DNA from: Octopus bimaculoides
Taxonomy: Eukaryota
DNA length: 64,000 nucleotides
Assembly: GCF_001194135.2 (NCBI RefSeq)
Contig: NC_068981.1
Location: forward strand, 90,601,846 to 90,665,845
Direction of reading: 5' to 3'
Shown here: positions 12,917 to 25,934 of the stretch, in pieces
Layout of the letters: the number at the start of each line of letters is the position of its first letter
Position numbering within the stretch: position 1 is the stretch's first letter
Translations under genes and position numbers: made by a program
The notes under the pieces: model-generated
Seen by the model: the letters and a program-made list of their open reading frames with translations, nothing else
What the model was told of the DNA's origin: nothing
The model's database searches: none

Positions 12917-13990
12917 CAGGGTGTTTGGACTAAATTTGACAATTTGCATAAATGGAAAAGAAAACACATCCCATTCAAAAGTAAAAATATTTTACAAAAT
13001 TAAAAATGTCATCTAGATTAATACTGGTAGATAACAGTTTACTCAAATTACTCAGCCTCAGCTTCCACCATGGCAATTCTGGAACCTGGTGCCTGTGTTC
13101 CTCACTTTGTCTCTGGGAAGATCTTCAAACCACATTCTTGATCTTGGCCATCAGCTCAGCCTTGATGTTGCAAGCAGAGCAGTTGGTGTCTTTCTCAGCA
13201 GAGTCACACACAGTAATCTATGAGATTACAATTAAGGGAATCAGGAGGTTAGAAATTAGGGCTGGTGAAGTTGTAGAAATTCTCCAACAAGCACTTCTGA
13301 CTCTTTCCAGATGCATGGCAAGAAAGTGAGTCCTTCTGCCACACATATGGCTTTCCTGCAGCATCCTTCTCCAGCGAGGGTTTGATTACAGTCTCCAGCA
13401 ACTTCACATAACCATCTAAATTTAGCTTAAAGCCCTGTTCTAAGGTGTGGGGTGGCATGATGTCATCCTCATTGGAGGCACACTCAAAAAACCATCACAG
13501 TTTGGGGAACTTGGTTTTCCTGATGTCCATGTCACATCTTAGAACCTGGAAGTGCATGGCTTAGTGGTTAGGGTGTTGGACTCATGAGTGTAAGATTGTG
13601 GTTTTGGTTCCTGGATTGGGAGACACGTATTTTTGAGCAAAAGGCTTCATTTCACATTGCTTCAGTCCACTCATCTGGCAAAAATGAGTGATTCTGTGAT
13701 GGACTGGCATCCTGTCTAGGTGGGGAATTTATGCACCATAGAAACCGGGAAACCAGCCCTTAGGAGTCAGCATGATTCGAGAAGGTAATTTTACCTTTTT
13801 ACTTACAGCCTTTACAATGTTCAGAGAACATTGAACAGCAGTCATGATGTCAGCATTTTGATAGCCGGTATGAATCATCATGATACAGGTAACTATTTTT
13901 CAATATTTAGATGGCTTCCTCTCTTCCATGTCAGCTAACTTTTCCTCGATTACAACTTTAATTTTTATGCTCCCCAGTGCCATTGCCTGT
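12917..13990 (-). mobile_element. Decayed Tc1/mariner-superfamily element (DD37D/maT-like), split by a SINE
   Basis: N-terminal MIHTGYQNADIMTAVQCSLNIVKA at about 13810-13890; core GYVKLLETVIKPSLEKDAAGKPYVWQKDSLSCHASGKSQK..NFTSPNF (ORF 13249-13458); terminus TA-CAGGGTGT at 12915. Confidence 0.7.
13547..13800 (+). mobile_element. tRNA-derived SINE (A2-type head, different tail) inserted in the transposon
   Basis: Head GGAAGTGCATGGCTTAGTGGTTAGGGTGTTGG and central TTGAGCAAAAGGCTTCATTTCACATTGCT...CAAAAATGAGT resemble the copies at 49872 and 62578. Confidence 0.8.
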
Positions 13991-14689
13991 TTACCAACAC
14001 ATCAAACTGTTCCTAAAAAAAGGGAGACATAAAAAAAGAAATCATCAAATTTAGCTTGAACATCTTGTATATATGCAGTTTTTAATAAGGCAAAAAAACA
14101 AAAAAAAAAAAAAGGATTTATAACTGGGTGTGGAGCAGTAGTTACCAAATAAATTTCAGAATGCAACACTTACATGATTTTCCCAAAATTGCAGTACCCA
14201 TGCCTATATCTTATTGTCAAAGTACACTAGTCTAAGACATTAAATGTAAAAAAAAAAAAAAAAAAAAAAAATTAATGCAGATTTGTTTAGAAAAATGATA
14301 TATTTTATTATTTTGAAAAGAGTGAATAATAATTTTGTATGGAATAAATTTTAATTGAACTTTATTTAGAGATGCTTTAACTTACGAAATACCAGTTTTC
14401 TTGTTTTGTTTTTTCCCACAGAACTCATTCTGCGAATCACTGAGGTTAAAGTATAATTATATTTACTTGGCCTTTACTTTACATCCTCGTTTACAATTCC
14501 ACAAATGCTTGATCCATTAAGTTGAAATATTACAATAGAAATATTCTAATTTAATATGGCATCCGAGTTAAGCTGTTTCAGTAGATAACATGTGAGTCAC
14601 ATGCAGAGGGTTGTGTTTCACTACCAAAGATTTCAGGAAAATATTCAGAAGCTCATATTCTTCATAAAAGGAAATAATTGCACATCACT

Positions 14690-15130
14690 TAACACTGGTT
14701 TCAAATTTTGGCACAAGGCCAGCAGGTTCAGAGGAGCAGGTAAATCAATTACAGCACTCAACTGGTACTTATTTTATCGACCCTGAAAGGATGAAAAGCA
14801 AAGTGGACCCTGAGCAGAATTTGAACTCAGAATGTAAAGCTAGACGAAATACCATGAAGCAGTTTGGACATCACTTAACATTGAGCCAGTAAAAATAGTT
14901 GAAAGAAAACCCTGTTTAAAATATGTTATTGTTGTAGGCATTACTGATTGGCTAAGTAACACAATGACAAGCAGAATTATTATAAGATAATAATCCTTTC
15001 TATTATAGGCACAATGCCTGAAATTTGTGGGGAAGGGGTAAGACAATTTCATTGACCCCAGTGATCAACTGGTACTTATTTCATCGATCCCCAAAAGGAG
15101 ACTCAATTAATAATAATGATGATGATAATG

Positions 15131-15168
<38 letters not shown>

Positions 15169-15500
15169 TTTTTTTGCTATAGGCACAAGGCCTGAAATTT
15201 AGGTGGGGAGGGGGTAAGTCGATTACATCGACCACAGTACTCAACTGGTACTTAAATTATCGACCCTGAAAAGATGAAAGTCAAAGTTGACCTCGGCAGA
15301 ATTTGAACTCAGAACGTAAGGAAGGATGAAATGTTACTAAGCATTTTGTCCAGTGTACTAATGATTCTGCCAGCTCGCTGCCTTACATTCTGAGTTCAAA
15401 TTCCACTGAAATTGACTTTACATTTCATCCTTTCAGGGTTGATAAATCAAGTACCAGTGAAACACTGGGGTTGATGTAATCAACTAGTCACCTTCCTCCC
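14690..15500. mobile_element. Cluster of four SINE family C copies (three minus, one plus)
   Basis: The CACAAGGCC...CTGGTACTTATTTTATCGACCC..AAAGGATGAAAG...GAATTTGAACTCAGAA block repeats on the minus strand; an inverted copy starts at about 15380. Confidence 0.85.
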
Positions 15501-15669
15501 AAATTTCAGCAAACCAAAGCACATACCCAAGGCACACAGAGCTGTTCTATCAGAGTATTTTGCTATAGTCCCAAGTTACAGAGATATTAGGAAACTAACA
15601 CTGGTGGTCAGGCAATGGTGGGGAATAAACGCACACACACACGTCAAAAGCTTGGCATAGCATACCAAC

Positions 15670-15830
15670 ATCCCACTTTGAAGGCTACTCCTATGCTATC
15701 CAAGAACAAGAGATCCCTGCCAAGTACCTACAGCATAAAAGGCAGAAAACATTGACAGACGATAAATGTAGGCTGTACAAGACCAAGATTGAAGACATCA
15801 ACAACATTATTGCCAACTATGTTTGAAGTC
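15670..15830 (+). mobile_element. R4/Dong-like (restriction-like endonuclease) LINE C-terminal fragment
   Basis: TSHFEGYSYAIQEQEIPAKYLQHKRQKTLTDDKCRLYKTKIEDINNII resembles the CCHC knuckle region of R2/R4-group elements, degenerate. Confidence 0.6.
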
Positions 15831-16204
15831 TATGTAGTCATCTGACGAGAACGGTTTCTTTCAAATGATGTAATGTTTTCATTAATCAGTTAAAGTAGTC
15901 GCTTGAAACAGCCATAATGAATTGTCACCTGGGCATCCTTGTTATTTATATTTCATTCACCTAACTTGGAATCCGCACTTTGGAAATACTGTAGAAAGTA
16001 CGTGTCTGAATTACCAAGAGTGGATATCTTCATTTAGCTAAGTTGCATTGTCTGCACACACAGCAGGAATATCAGGTACAAACACACCAGCACGAAGTCT
16101 TGATGTTCAATATTCAATTAATATTGTTTGGGTGTGTGGATTATACTGACCTAGCAAGGTGCCTCAATTTAAGTACCTAATTCAATGGGATCTATATATA
16201 TATA

Positions 16205-16620
16205 TACACACACATATATGACAGGCTTCTTTCAATTTCTTATTTCTTTATTGCCCACGAGGGGCTAAACATAGAGGGGACAAACAAGGACAGACAAAGG
16301 GATTAAGTCTATTACATCGAACCCCAGTGCATAACTGATACTTAATTTATTGACCCCGAAAGGATGAAAGGCAAAGCCGACCTCGGCGGAATTTGAACTC
16401 AAAACGTAATGGCAGATGAAATACCACTAAACATTTTGCCTGGTGCGCTAACGTTTCTGCCAGCTCGCCGCCTTTCAGTTTCTGTCTACCAGATTCACTC
16501 ACAAGGCTTTTGGGTGGCCTAGGGCTTTAATAGAAGACACTTAACTAAGATGCCACATAGTTGGATTGAACCCAGAACCATGTGGTTGGGAAGCAGACTT
16601 CTTACTACACGGCCAAGCTT
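16205..16620 (-). mobile_element. SINE family B 5' half with a family C SINE inserted at about 16241-16473
   Basis: The family B sequence breaks at TTCAATTTCT and resumes at TTCAGTTTCT (about 10-bp TSD) around a complete family C copy. Confidence 0.85.
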
Positions 16621-17860
16621 ATGTCTTATCCATATTTTGGTAATTTTAGTATAAGCATTATGAAATGTAATTTTTTTTATATTACTTTATGAATAATATT
16701 TAGTTAATCCAGAGGGATAGCAGTTGATTTAAGAGGGATCTGATTATCATTAGGAATTATGGAAGCTGAACAGCAGAAAGTCTTCAGTGAAGAAGGCTCC
16801 TACTACCCATGTCATGTAAGTGTTTCGGTCCTTGACCCCTTTACACTCGAGGGGGCGGGGAGGGGGTGAAGTTACATCCAGGCCATGACTCCTGGATACT
16901 CCTCTGCTGCTATATATTGTACTACTGTCTGCATTGCAACTCTCCCTTTCCTGGATGACTAAGGTGCCCCAGAGCCTAGATATCCTGAGTGTTGAGACCT
17001 GTTCAGTCTGAGATAACAGTTGACTATAGAGTAAATGGAAGGACACATCAAATAATGTAGTCTGAAAGTACACTACATCTAAAAAAAATGAAAATAGAAA
17101 TGAAGGGTTGGTCATAGCTGGACTCAGATTTAAACAATAACAACAACAATACCATCATACTTTAAAATAAGATCTAGTGATTTATTGCTATTTGTGTTAC
17201 ATTTTGATATTTTTAAAGCTGCTAATAATGAGAAATAGGTGTAATTACTTTGACCTAATTTGTCACTCGTTTTATAGAAGTGATAATGAGTAATTAAATG
17301 TGCCTATTCTGCATTTCTGTTTTGCCCACACCTCCACCTCTGCCACTGCCAGTTTTATCCATTTTCTTTTGGGAACATTAAGAAAACCATAAATGCCACA
17401 CTTTAATGTCTCATGTTGTATTCATTCCTCCACAAAGATATCCTATAATGTTATGCTTATCTTGACAAGAAAATGCGGAAGACAATCAAGTGTATTTTCC
17501 ACAGTATACTAATAGCAAGCTCACTTGCTTTGCTGTGCAAAGGAAGCACCTATAGAATTGATTTTCTTCTGGCTGATCTGAAAATGGCAAATGAAGAGAC
17601 ACATGAAAAACTTTGCACTGCATAGATCTATGAATGTGGTTAGTTGACTGTGACTTTTGGAGTAACAGCAGAGTGAAATGTCATCTTTCAATAAGAAAAT
17701 TAACATCCCAGTATTGTCATATGTATTATGTAATTACTATATTTCATATATTTGACACAGTTTAATGCAAGGAAATAAATAAATTACGTATGATGAATGA
17801 TGTAATAGAAGTAATGTAACCCAGAAATAACACATCATATATTTGCTTAATTACTCACTG

Positions 17861-17932
17861 ATCAGAGTGGCACAGTTGAAGTGTGCTGGGCCTATAACCC
17901 AGAAGTCCATAGATCAAAAGTAAGCTCTGTGA
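17861..17932 (+). pseudogene. Degenerate initiator tRNA-Met copy
   Basis: ATCAGAGTGGCACAGTTGAAGTGTGCTGGGCCTATAACCCAGAAGTCCATAGATCAAAAG aligns with the eukaryotic tRNAiMet sequence AGCAGAGTGGCGCAGCGGAAGCGTGCTGGGCCCATAACCCAGAGGTCGATGGATCGAAAC; anticodon CAT>TAT, T-arm disrupted. Confidence 0.85.
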
Positions 17933-18325
17933 AGAAACAGAGGCTATTTTTTATATTTATCCATCGCAACTAAGTTATCTACAAAACATACCAGCTATAA
18001 ACTTGTGTATATATCTATAAGAGTAAGTAAAAATTATATTATGCTATAGAAATTTATGCAAGGTCTAGGGATCACTAGCTGACTAGAATACACCAAAACC
18101 CAAGTAACACATTGGGTAGAGACAGTGACAGTAACAACAACAGGACTTTTCACTTAGTATCACAAGGTGACAATAAACTACTTTCTGATTCAGTGGAACA
18201 GTATCAGGAAGCAGGTGAAATATATCATTGAAAGAGTTTGATGCTTCATAATTTATAACACTATTACAAAATAAAACAAAAATGAATATAATGATATATA
18301 TGTGTTTTAATTGACTATTTTTGTT

Positions 18326-18647
18326 GAGGTGCAATGGCCCAGTGGTTAGGGCAGCGGACTCGCGGTTTCGATTCCCAGACTGGGTGTTGTGAGTGTTTAT
18401 TGAGCGAAAACACCTAAAGCTCCATGAGGCTCTGGCAGGGGATGGTGGCGAACCCTGCTGTACTCTTTCACCACAACTTTCTCTTACTTCCTGTTTCTGT
18501 TGTCACGCTGAATATCCCCGAGAACTACTTTAAGGGTACACGTGTCTGTGGAGTGCTCAGTCACTTGCACGTTAATTTCATGAGCAGGCTGTTCTGTTGA
18601 TTGGATCAACTGGAACCCTCGACATCGTAAGCAACGGAGTGCCAACA
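18326..18647 (+). mobile_element. SINE family A, near full length
   Basis: Head and tail (...CGGAGTGCCAAC) both present. Confidence 0.9.
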
Positions 18648-18770
18648 CACACATCTGTTGAAACACCTGTTTCAGTTTCAATATATGACCACATCAAATC
18701 ACTTGCCAAATGCATCCAAAAATTAGTCAGAAATGAATATATAAAACCACAGATGAGGCCCACAATGGAG

Positions 18771-18923
18771 CACAAATGTGGGAACAAAATTTGCTTAGGT
18801 GGTGCAAACCCAGATCCAATGAAGATTTTCAAGAGGATGTTCAAAGTATTTTCATTGCTCCCACCAAAAAAATTTTGTGGGGTTGTGCTTGCACCCCCAG
18901 CACCCTCTGTTCCCAAGCCTGTG
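18771..18923. mobile_element. MITE with imperfect TIRs and 8-bp TSD (hAT-like)
   Basis: Ends CACAAATGTGGGAACA and TGTTCCCAAGCCTGTG; flanks CAATGGAG and CGATGGAG. Confidence 0.7.
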
Positions 18924-19624
18924 CGATGGAGAATTGCTGTCATGTCTGGACCAGCGCTGTTCCTGCAAACATGCATCTAGAATATATCCAGAGAAATGCC
19001 ATATGATTGAGTGACAAAATCACTGAGAGAGAAGTGTCAAGCCCTGATCCATAAGTGTGTTGTTTTTTCTCTCTGCCCTCTATGTTGCAGCTATATGGTT
19101 TCTGATTCACTTGTCTCTCCTCCTTCGCCATTGCTCATTCTGTGTTTGCCACCCTGAGGATCTAAACTAACTGCAATGTTCATTCCTTCTTCCCCAGAAC
19201 GCTGGAACTCTGAAATTTCCTCCAAGCTGATGCCTTTTCTTCAGATATAAATTGCAACAGCTTGAACAAAACATAACTCATACCTGTTACCTTTTATCCG
19301 TTCACAGATATCATTTACTAAATTCTAACTTACAAAGTACTGGTTAATCTGAGGTTATAGTAGAAAACATTTGCCTAAGGTGTTATGCAATGAGATTGAA
19401 CCCAGAGCCACACAGCTGGCTTCTATCTAACTGAAAATTAATTCCTTATCTACTTAAGAATACGAAAATAGAGTTAAGCACCAACCCTGATGCATTTCTT
19501 AGAGTTATTCTAAGTATAGCTTTCATCTATCAAATTTCACTCATCATGGTATCAACTAGACCAGAGGGTCTCAACCATTTTTTTAATCTATGGACCCCTA
19601 TTTTATTATGGTGGATCCCATAGC

Positions 19625-19770
19625 CATTCATCATCGTTTAACGTCCGCTTTCCATGCTAGCATGGGTTGGACGATATGACTGAGGACTGGTGAACCAGAT
19701 GGCTACACCAGGCTCCAATCTGATTTGGCAGAGTTTCTACAGCTGGATGCCCTTCCTAACGCCAACCATA
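19625..19770 (-). mobile_element. RTE 3' UTR fragment (family D)
   Basis: Same block as 5085 and 8700. Confidence 0.75.
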
Positions 19771-20170
19771 TATANNNNNNNNNNNNNNNNNNNNNNNNNN
19801 NNNNNNNNNNNNNNNNNNNNNNNNNNNNNNNNNNNNNNNNNNNNNNNNNNNNNNNNNNNNNNNNNNNNNNNNNNNNNNNNNNNNNNNNNNNNNNNNNNNN
19901 NNNNNNNNNNNNNNNNNNNNNNNNNNNNNNNNNNNNNNNNNNNNNNNNNNNNNNNNNNNNNNNNNNNNATAACTGTGGCTTAGTTCCTGTTTTTAAGGCA
20001 AGAACTCCTTGAAATTTTGGGTATTTGAGTATATTTAAGAATTTAAGGAATGGAGAAAACGCATGTTATAATTGCATACTTTATTCCTACATATGTTTCA
20101 AAGGATTACAACCTGTGTGATCCATAGGGATCTTTGATATTAAAATTGTAACCTTCTCATCAGGGAAAGC

Positions 20171-20208
<38 letters not shown>

Positions 20209-20209
20209 G

Positions 20210-20244
<35 letters not shown>

Positions 20245-21246
20245 TCGCGTGCCTGTGTTTGTCCCCCACCATCACTTGACAACTAATGCTAGTGTGTTTA
20301 TGTCCTGAAACTTAGTGGTTCGGCAAAAGTGACCAATAGAATAAGTACTAGGCTTACAAAGAATAAGTCCTAGGGTCCGATTTCTTTTAGGAAAAAGAAC
20401 CCTTTAAGGCGGTGCTCCAGCATGGTCGCATTCAAATGGCTGAAACATGTAAAAGAATAAAAGAACAAAGAACATGTATGCATGCACATCTCTCCCACTC
20501 ACACATAAATATGCATACATATATCCCCATGCATATAGATACATGCACTTCATATGCATAAAACATAGCTGTTTGTGTAGAAGTTGAACTCATAACTCTC
20601 TGGCAAATAGGTCAGCCTTTTAACTTCACAGCTATTCTGTCTCATTAAATAAGAGGAAAAAAAAAATGATAAAATAAGCTAAAAATATAAATATATATAT
20701 AAAAAAAAATAAAGCAAAAAAGTAACCATTGACTAATGATAAAGTAGATCGTATGAGAAAAGGTTTAGTGGCGTCAGCTATCTGTGGTATGAAAAGTCAG
20801 TGTGATCTAAGACTAAATTGGTTGATGTTTAACCACCCACCTATGCTATGGGCCCTGATTTTGTACAAGTGGTTTATCACATTATGTATTTCATTGTGTC
20901 ACATTTTAGTAGTTGACTGAATGCGACCAGGATAAAGTGTAAAAGATACTTGCAGGCCAACTTGTTAACTTGTAGTTGTCAATCAACCAAGACATGCATG
21001 TATTTGTGAAAGGTAGGTTGTGTGTGTGTGTGTATCAGTGTGCATATGTGTGTGTGTACACAAATACACACATGTAAATACACACACACACACACACAAG
21101 TACGTTTAAGTGTGTGTGTGTGCATGCAAACGCTTTTGGTGTTGTTATTCCCAGGTCTTAAATTCCATTTACAACACAATTCACAAATAAGAAGTACCTG
21201 AATAACTTCTGAAGCATTTTCAGACACACACACACACACACACATT

Positions 21247-21307
<61 letters not shown>

Positions 21308-21329
21308 TATTATATATATGTGTGTGCTG

Positions 21330-22300
21330 TGAGGACCAAGGACTTGAGGTATTTCATGCGGTGAGACAGTGTTTTAGAGAGAATCATATTGTCATAGGAG
21401 AGAAATGTGTTCACATGGATGATGGTTCACTTGCATTAAACGAGGCTGCAAAGAGAGAGGTATGGAGATGCCACTATGAATGGTTGCTAAAAAAGATAAT
21501 GAATGGGAGGAAGAGAGCTTGCCGAATGCTGAGCCAACAGAGGGACAAGCTATCCAAATTGACAGTGCCTTGGTAGATAAAGCAATTAAGGGTATGAAGA
21601 CAGGGAAAGCCCCCAGCCCATCAGGAATCCCTGCAGAGATGCTCAAAATATCTGGCAGTGTCGGCTATAGCCTAGTCACCCGTATAGTGAACCAGGTGAT
21701 ACATGAAGGAATCATACCCAATGACTGGTGTAGTAGCACCATAATCAACTGCTACAAAAGTAAAGGTGACACATTAGATACAAATAATTACAGAGGCATC
21801 AAGCTGTTAGATCAGGTAATGAAAGTCACGGAGAGGGTTATAGCCCAACTAATTAGGGAGAGGGTCAGTCTAGAGAGTTAGTTTAGTTTAGAGTTAGTTT
21901 AGTAACTAGAGAGTTAGTTTAGACGAGATGCAGTTTGGATTTGTGCCAGGGAAAAGCACCACTGATGGTATATTTCTGGTAAGACAGCTGCAGGAGAAAT
22001 ACCTAGTCAAAGATAAGCCCCTGTGAAAAAGTGTCACACCCTAGCAGTTGAGGGAACCTATGGAAGAGGTAGACCCAGGAAGACCTGGGATGAAGTGGTG
22101 AAGCATGACCTTTGAACATTAGGCCTCACCGAACCAATGACTAGTGACCGAGACCTTTGGAAATATGCTGTGCTTGAGAAGACCTGGCAAGCCAAGTGAG
22201 ACCATAACCCGTATCCTAATGCCAGCAGTGTAACCAGCCTACTTATGCATTGCTTGTGAAGACCTGTTGAGGCAAGTGAAATCACAATCAAAATCAAATT
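21330..22300 (+). mobile_element. RTE-clade LINE fragment with internally deleted RT
   Basis: GKAPSPSGIPAEMLK...NYRGIKLLDQVMKV...QFGFVPGKSTTDGIFLVRQLQEKY jumps directly to the C-terminal GRGRPRKTWDEVVKHDL; a short local duplication of AGAGTTAGTTT breaks the frame at about 21880. Confidence 0.9.
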
Positions 22301-23510
22301 CACTGACGTGTATGTATATGTGTGTGTGTATATANNNNNNNNNNNNNNNNNNNNNNNNNNNNNNNNNNNNNNNNNNNNNNNNNNNNNNNNNNNNNNNNNN
22401 NNNNNNNNNNNNNNNNNNNNNNNNNNNNNNNNNNNNNNNNNNNNNNNNNNNNNNNNNNNNNNNNNNNNNNNNNNNNCATATCTATCTATCTATCTACACA
22501 CACACACACACCCACTCACACATCAGTCTGTATATCTTACTCAATGTGGATATGCTATCTGAAAGCCTCAGTACTGTGGTACTGGCTTTCACCACAAGAC
22601 AGCCTCTTATATTGCTAAAAGGCAAAGAAGTATCAATAGCAGACAAAAAGAAATGTCCAGCAATGGTGGTAGAACCACTAGGTCCTATGATTTCTGTGCA
22701 TTTGTGCATCCTTTGCAGCAAGTATCCAGTGTAGATCACATCTTTGGATAGTCCATAAAAATTCTCAAAAGAATTGAAAAAAATAAAAGGGGGTCTGGAC
22801 AGAAAATGACTTTGGATTCAAATGATAAGAGATGGTTCACTAATTAATCTCTATTGATAGGAACCAAATTATGACTAATCACTAAATAATTTTACTTCAA
22901 GCTATGGAAGAAATGTTTTCATATCAGTGGTAGGGTAGGATGGGTAGGGATATGCAGTGGGTATAGCATAGATTTACTTCTCAGTTCCCTGGGATTTAGT
23001 ATGTTCAAAGTCTTCTAAAGGAGATATTTATTATATTTATTATTAGCTACCTTTTGTTAGGTTTCTATCTATAAAAATTCACTTCTTTATTTATTTTACT
23101 TATGCATGCATATTTTATTCCTTTCTCATAATAAAACACATAATATATATTAATTTATTGTGTATAAGATAGTAAGAGTGGTTCAGTAATATGATTGGAT
23201 TGTTATAAACTAGGGAGTGGCTGACCAATGAATTGCTTTGAGTCAAATTGTGTGCATGAGCCTTGACTCCTACAGCTCTATGCATTGAAGAAGTGGGAGA
23301 CTGAACTTACCATTTCTGTTTTATTATTCATTGTTATCATGTAATTGTATAATCACTTTGCTTTGCAAGTTATCTGTATAATTTGTTATTTTAGGCAATC
23401 AAGAACAAAGTGCAACCATTAGTTTAGTTTGTGACATATTTCAATATTGAAAGGCAATTTCAACGCTGTTTACCATGGAAAATAAGTCTAGCTTATGGTA
23501 GAAAAATGTT

Positions 23511-23862
23511 TGTTGGCACTCCGTCGCTTACAATGTCGAGGGTTCCAGTTGATCCGATCAACGGAACAGCCTGCTCGTGAAATTAACGTGCAAGTGGCTG
23601 ACCACTCCACAGACACGTAGTTCTCGGGGATATTCAACGTGACACAGTGTGACATGGCTGACCCTTTGAATTACAGGCACAACAGAAACAGGAAATAAGA
23701 GGGAGAGAAAGTTGTGGTGAAAGAGTACAGCAGGGTTCACCACCATCCCCTGCCGAAGCCTCATGGAGCTTTAGGTGCTTTTGCTCAATAACACTCACAA
23801 CGCCCGGTCTGGGAATCGAAACCGCGAGTCCGCTGCCCTAACCACTGGGCCATTGCGCCTCC
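23511..23862 (-). mobile_element. SINE family A, full length
   Basis: Reverse complement of family A, ending CCATTGCGCCTCC. Confidence 0.9.
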
Positions 23863-25413
23863 ATGGTAGAAAAATAGATACACCATTATCAGCTTAGAGG
23901 TACTGTCTCTTGCATTTCTGGCTTATTATTACCTTTCTCAGTAGGAGATACTAAAGAGAGATAACCCTGATCTGACATGAAAGTTTGGCAGATATTTGAT
24001 TGAGGGCAATGCAGAAAAAACACAAAATATTAAAGAATTTATAGTGATACATGAACCATGACATCCCGCCAAAATGTGACACTGCATGGATTAAACTCAC
24101 ACTGACTACTATTATTTATATGTCATGTGCTTTCAATTGCCTAGCTTGTTGATTTTCTCAGCACAGCTTTGCTTGTACAAGCACGACAAATTCACATAAT
24201 CAATATTTTAACCAACTTGTGCTAAGTGTCTTTCTATGTGAGGACATTATTATATAACATAATACTTGTGAAAGTGTAAGTAATGTGGTTCAATGGCCTT
24301 TACCTATTGAAAATTTATGTTACAGTTGCTTAGTATTTCAGACCAGCTTTTAGATATAGAAATTGCCATGAAAGATCAGAATTATGCTGAATAATGTCTA
24401 ATTCAATAGATTTTTTTTTATTGTCTTCTCCAATAAGAAATTACAGTTAAGATGTGGTTACTGTGTCTGGGACAGAGAGAAAGGTAATTAGAAATTTCTA
24501 TAATTTCTTTCAGCCTAAATTGTGAGTAGTGAATATTTTTATACTAAGAAGTTTCATGCAGCAAAAGTGCAAAAAGTAAAAATAATGTCGCACACATTGT
24601 ATATCTTTAGTATCAAATATCTAAACAATTAATACTGTACTCATGTGAAAATGATCATAACAAAATATTTTAAAAGATAGCTTGATGAAGTAAACAAAAA
24701 AAAAAACACACATACAACCAATAAAGATGGTAAAAATTTCCTTAAAATATAATCTCCCAAAGGCTGTCATTTCATGTTATGCTATAGGTATATGTAAGGA
24801 TATCCTTGGCTAATTGATAAGCATAGGGAATTCATTTGTCACATAAGTAGTTTTGTGTTAATCTAATAAGTATATCTGTGAGTAGCTGCAGGATAAAACA
24901 AATGAGTTTAAGAACTAAAATTAAGTGCAAAAAACAGCAAGATGGGTAGGAAGACAAAATGAGTGGGAATACAAGTTGATTGTATCTCTATGCATGGCCA
25001 TGGTATATAATACTATATTACATCAGTGTACCAAACAATTATAAATAGATGGTAGATGTTAAGGAAAATGCCACCTGTAACAAACTGGCAGGTATCTTAT
25101 TTCAAGGAAGATTCATCTTTCAATTACTTAACATTGTGGAGCTAAACCGTTACATCTTGTTGGAGCTCAGTTATTTCACATAATTTTTGCTGGTAATAAA
25201 TATTCTTGAGGGACATTACAGAATTTCATTCTTCTTTTCTTAAAAATGTGTAGCTTTGTGCCTAATTCTGAAATCACTTTTTTTTAATGTTTTAGTGAGG
25301 AGGGAAGACTGTACTTATGACCCTTTGAAAGGCTTCTGAGACTTGTGGGAAGAAAAGAGAAAAATATTCTCAGACCAGAAACCTGGCCTAAATGCTTACC
25401 AAAGAGTAGACCT

Positions 25414-25572
25414 CACTGGCGTAGCATTGGAAGGGGCAGTCCACCTTGGGCAGCACGTTTAAAGGGGTGGCACTTTTGGGTCTGCTGTAGGCAATATGTG
25501 TTTTTTTGTGGGGTCCAGGGGTGGCAAACAGAAGAGCCACCCTGGGTGGCACATACTCTAGCTACACTAGTG
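25414..25572. mobile_element. hAT-type MITE
   Basis: TIRs CACTGGCGTAGC and GCTACACTAGTG; 8-bp TSD GTAGACC(T/C); related copy at about 55277. Confidence 0.75.
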
Positions 25573-25934
25573 GTAGACCCTGCTAAAGTTATCCAAGGAT
25601 CAGGAAGTGATAGTGGTGGTGTTAAACTGGGTGAGGGATTCAGTTCAGCGTCCAAGTAAGCCTTGACAAGATTTGAACACAGTATGCAAAGAGCAAGAAG
25701 AAATATGGCAAGGCATCAAGTCCAATGTTTAACCCTTTGGGATTATGCTTTCATATTGTTTTAAATTAATCATGCATTATTTTGTAAAAGATTGATAGTT
25801 GTAATAAAGACATTAGTCTCTCTCTATCACCTTTCAACAGCATTATATATTAAGGAACAGTAGAACAATTTAACAACATAATATAAATAAGGTTTTATTT
25901 TTTTGATGATGCTTGGTTTTATAATTCCTGTGTC

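Noticed and set aside
13810-14015. Minus-strand exon-like segment with AG/GT ends
   Set aside because: All frames have stops and the sequence is the 5' part of the Tc1/mariner-type element.
18578-18980. 127-132-aa ORFs on both strands
   Set aside because: They run through a SINE tail and a MITE; composite repeat sequence.
24447-24483. Plus-strand 37-nt exon-like segment (LRCGYCVWDREK)
   Set aside because: Weak polypyrimidine tract, no partner exons and no recognisable family; could be chance.
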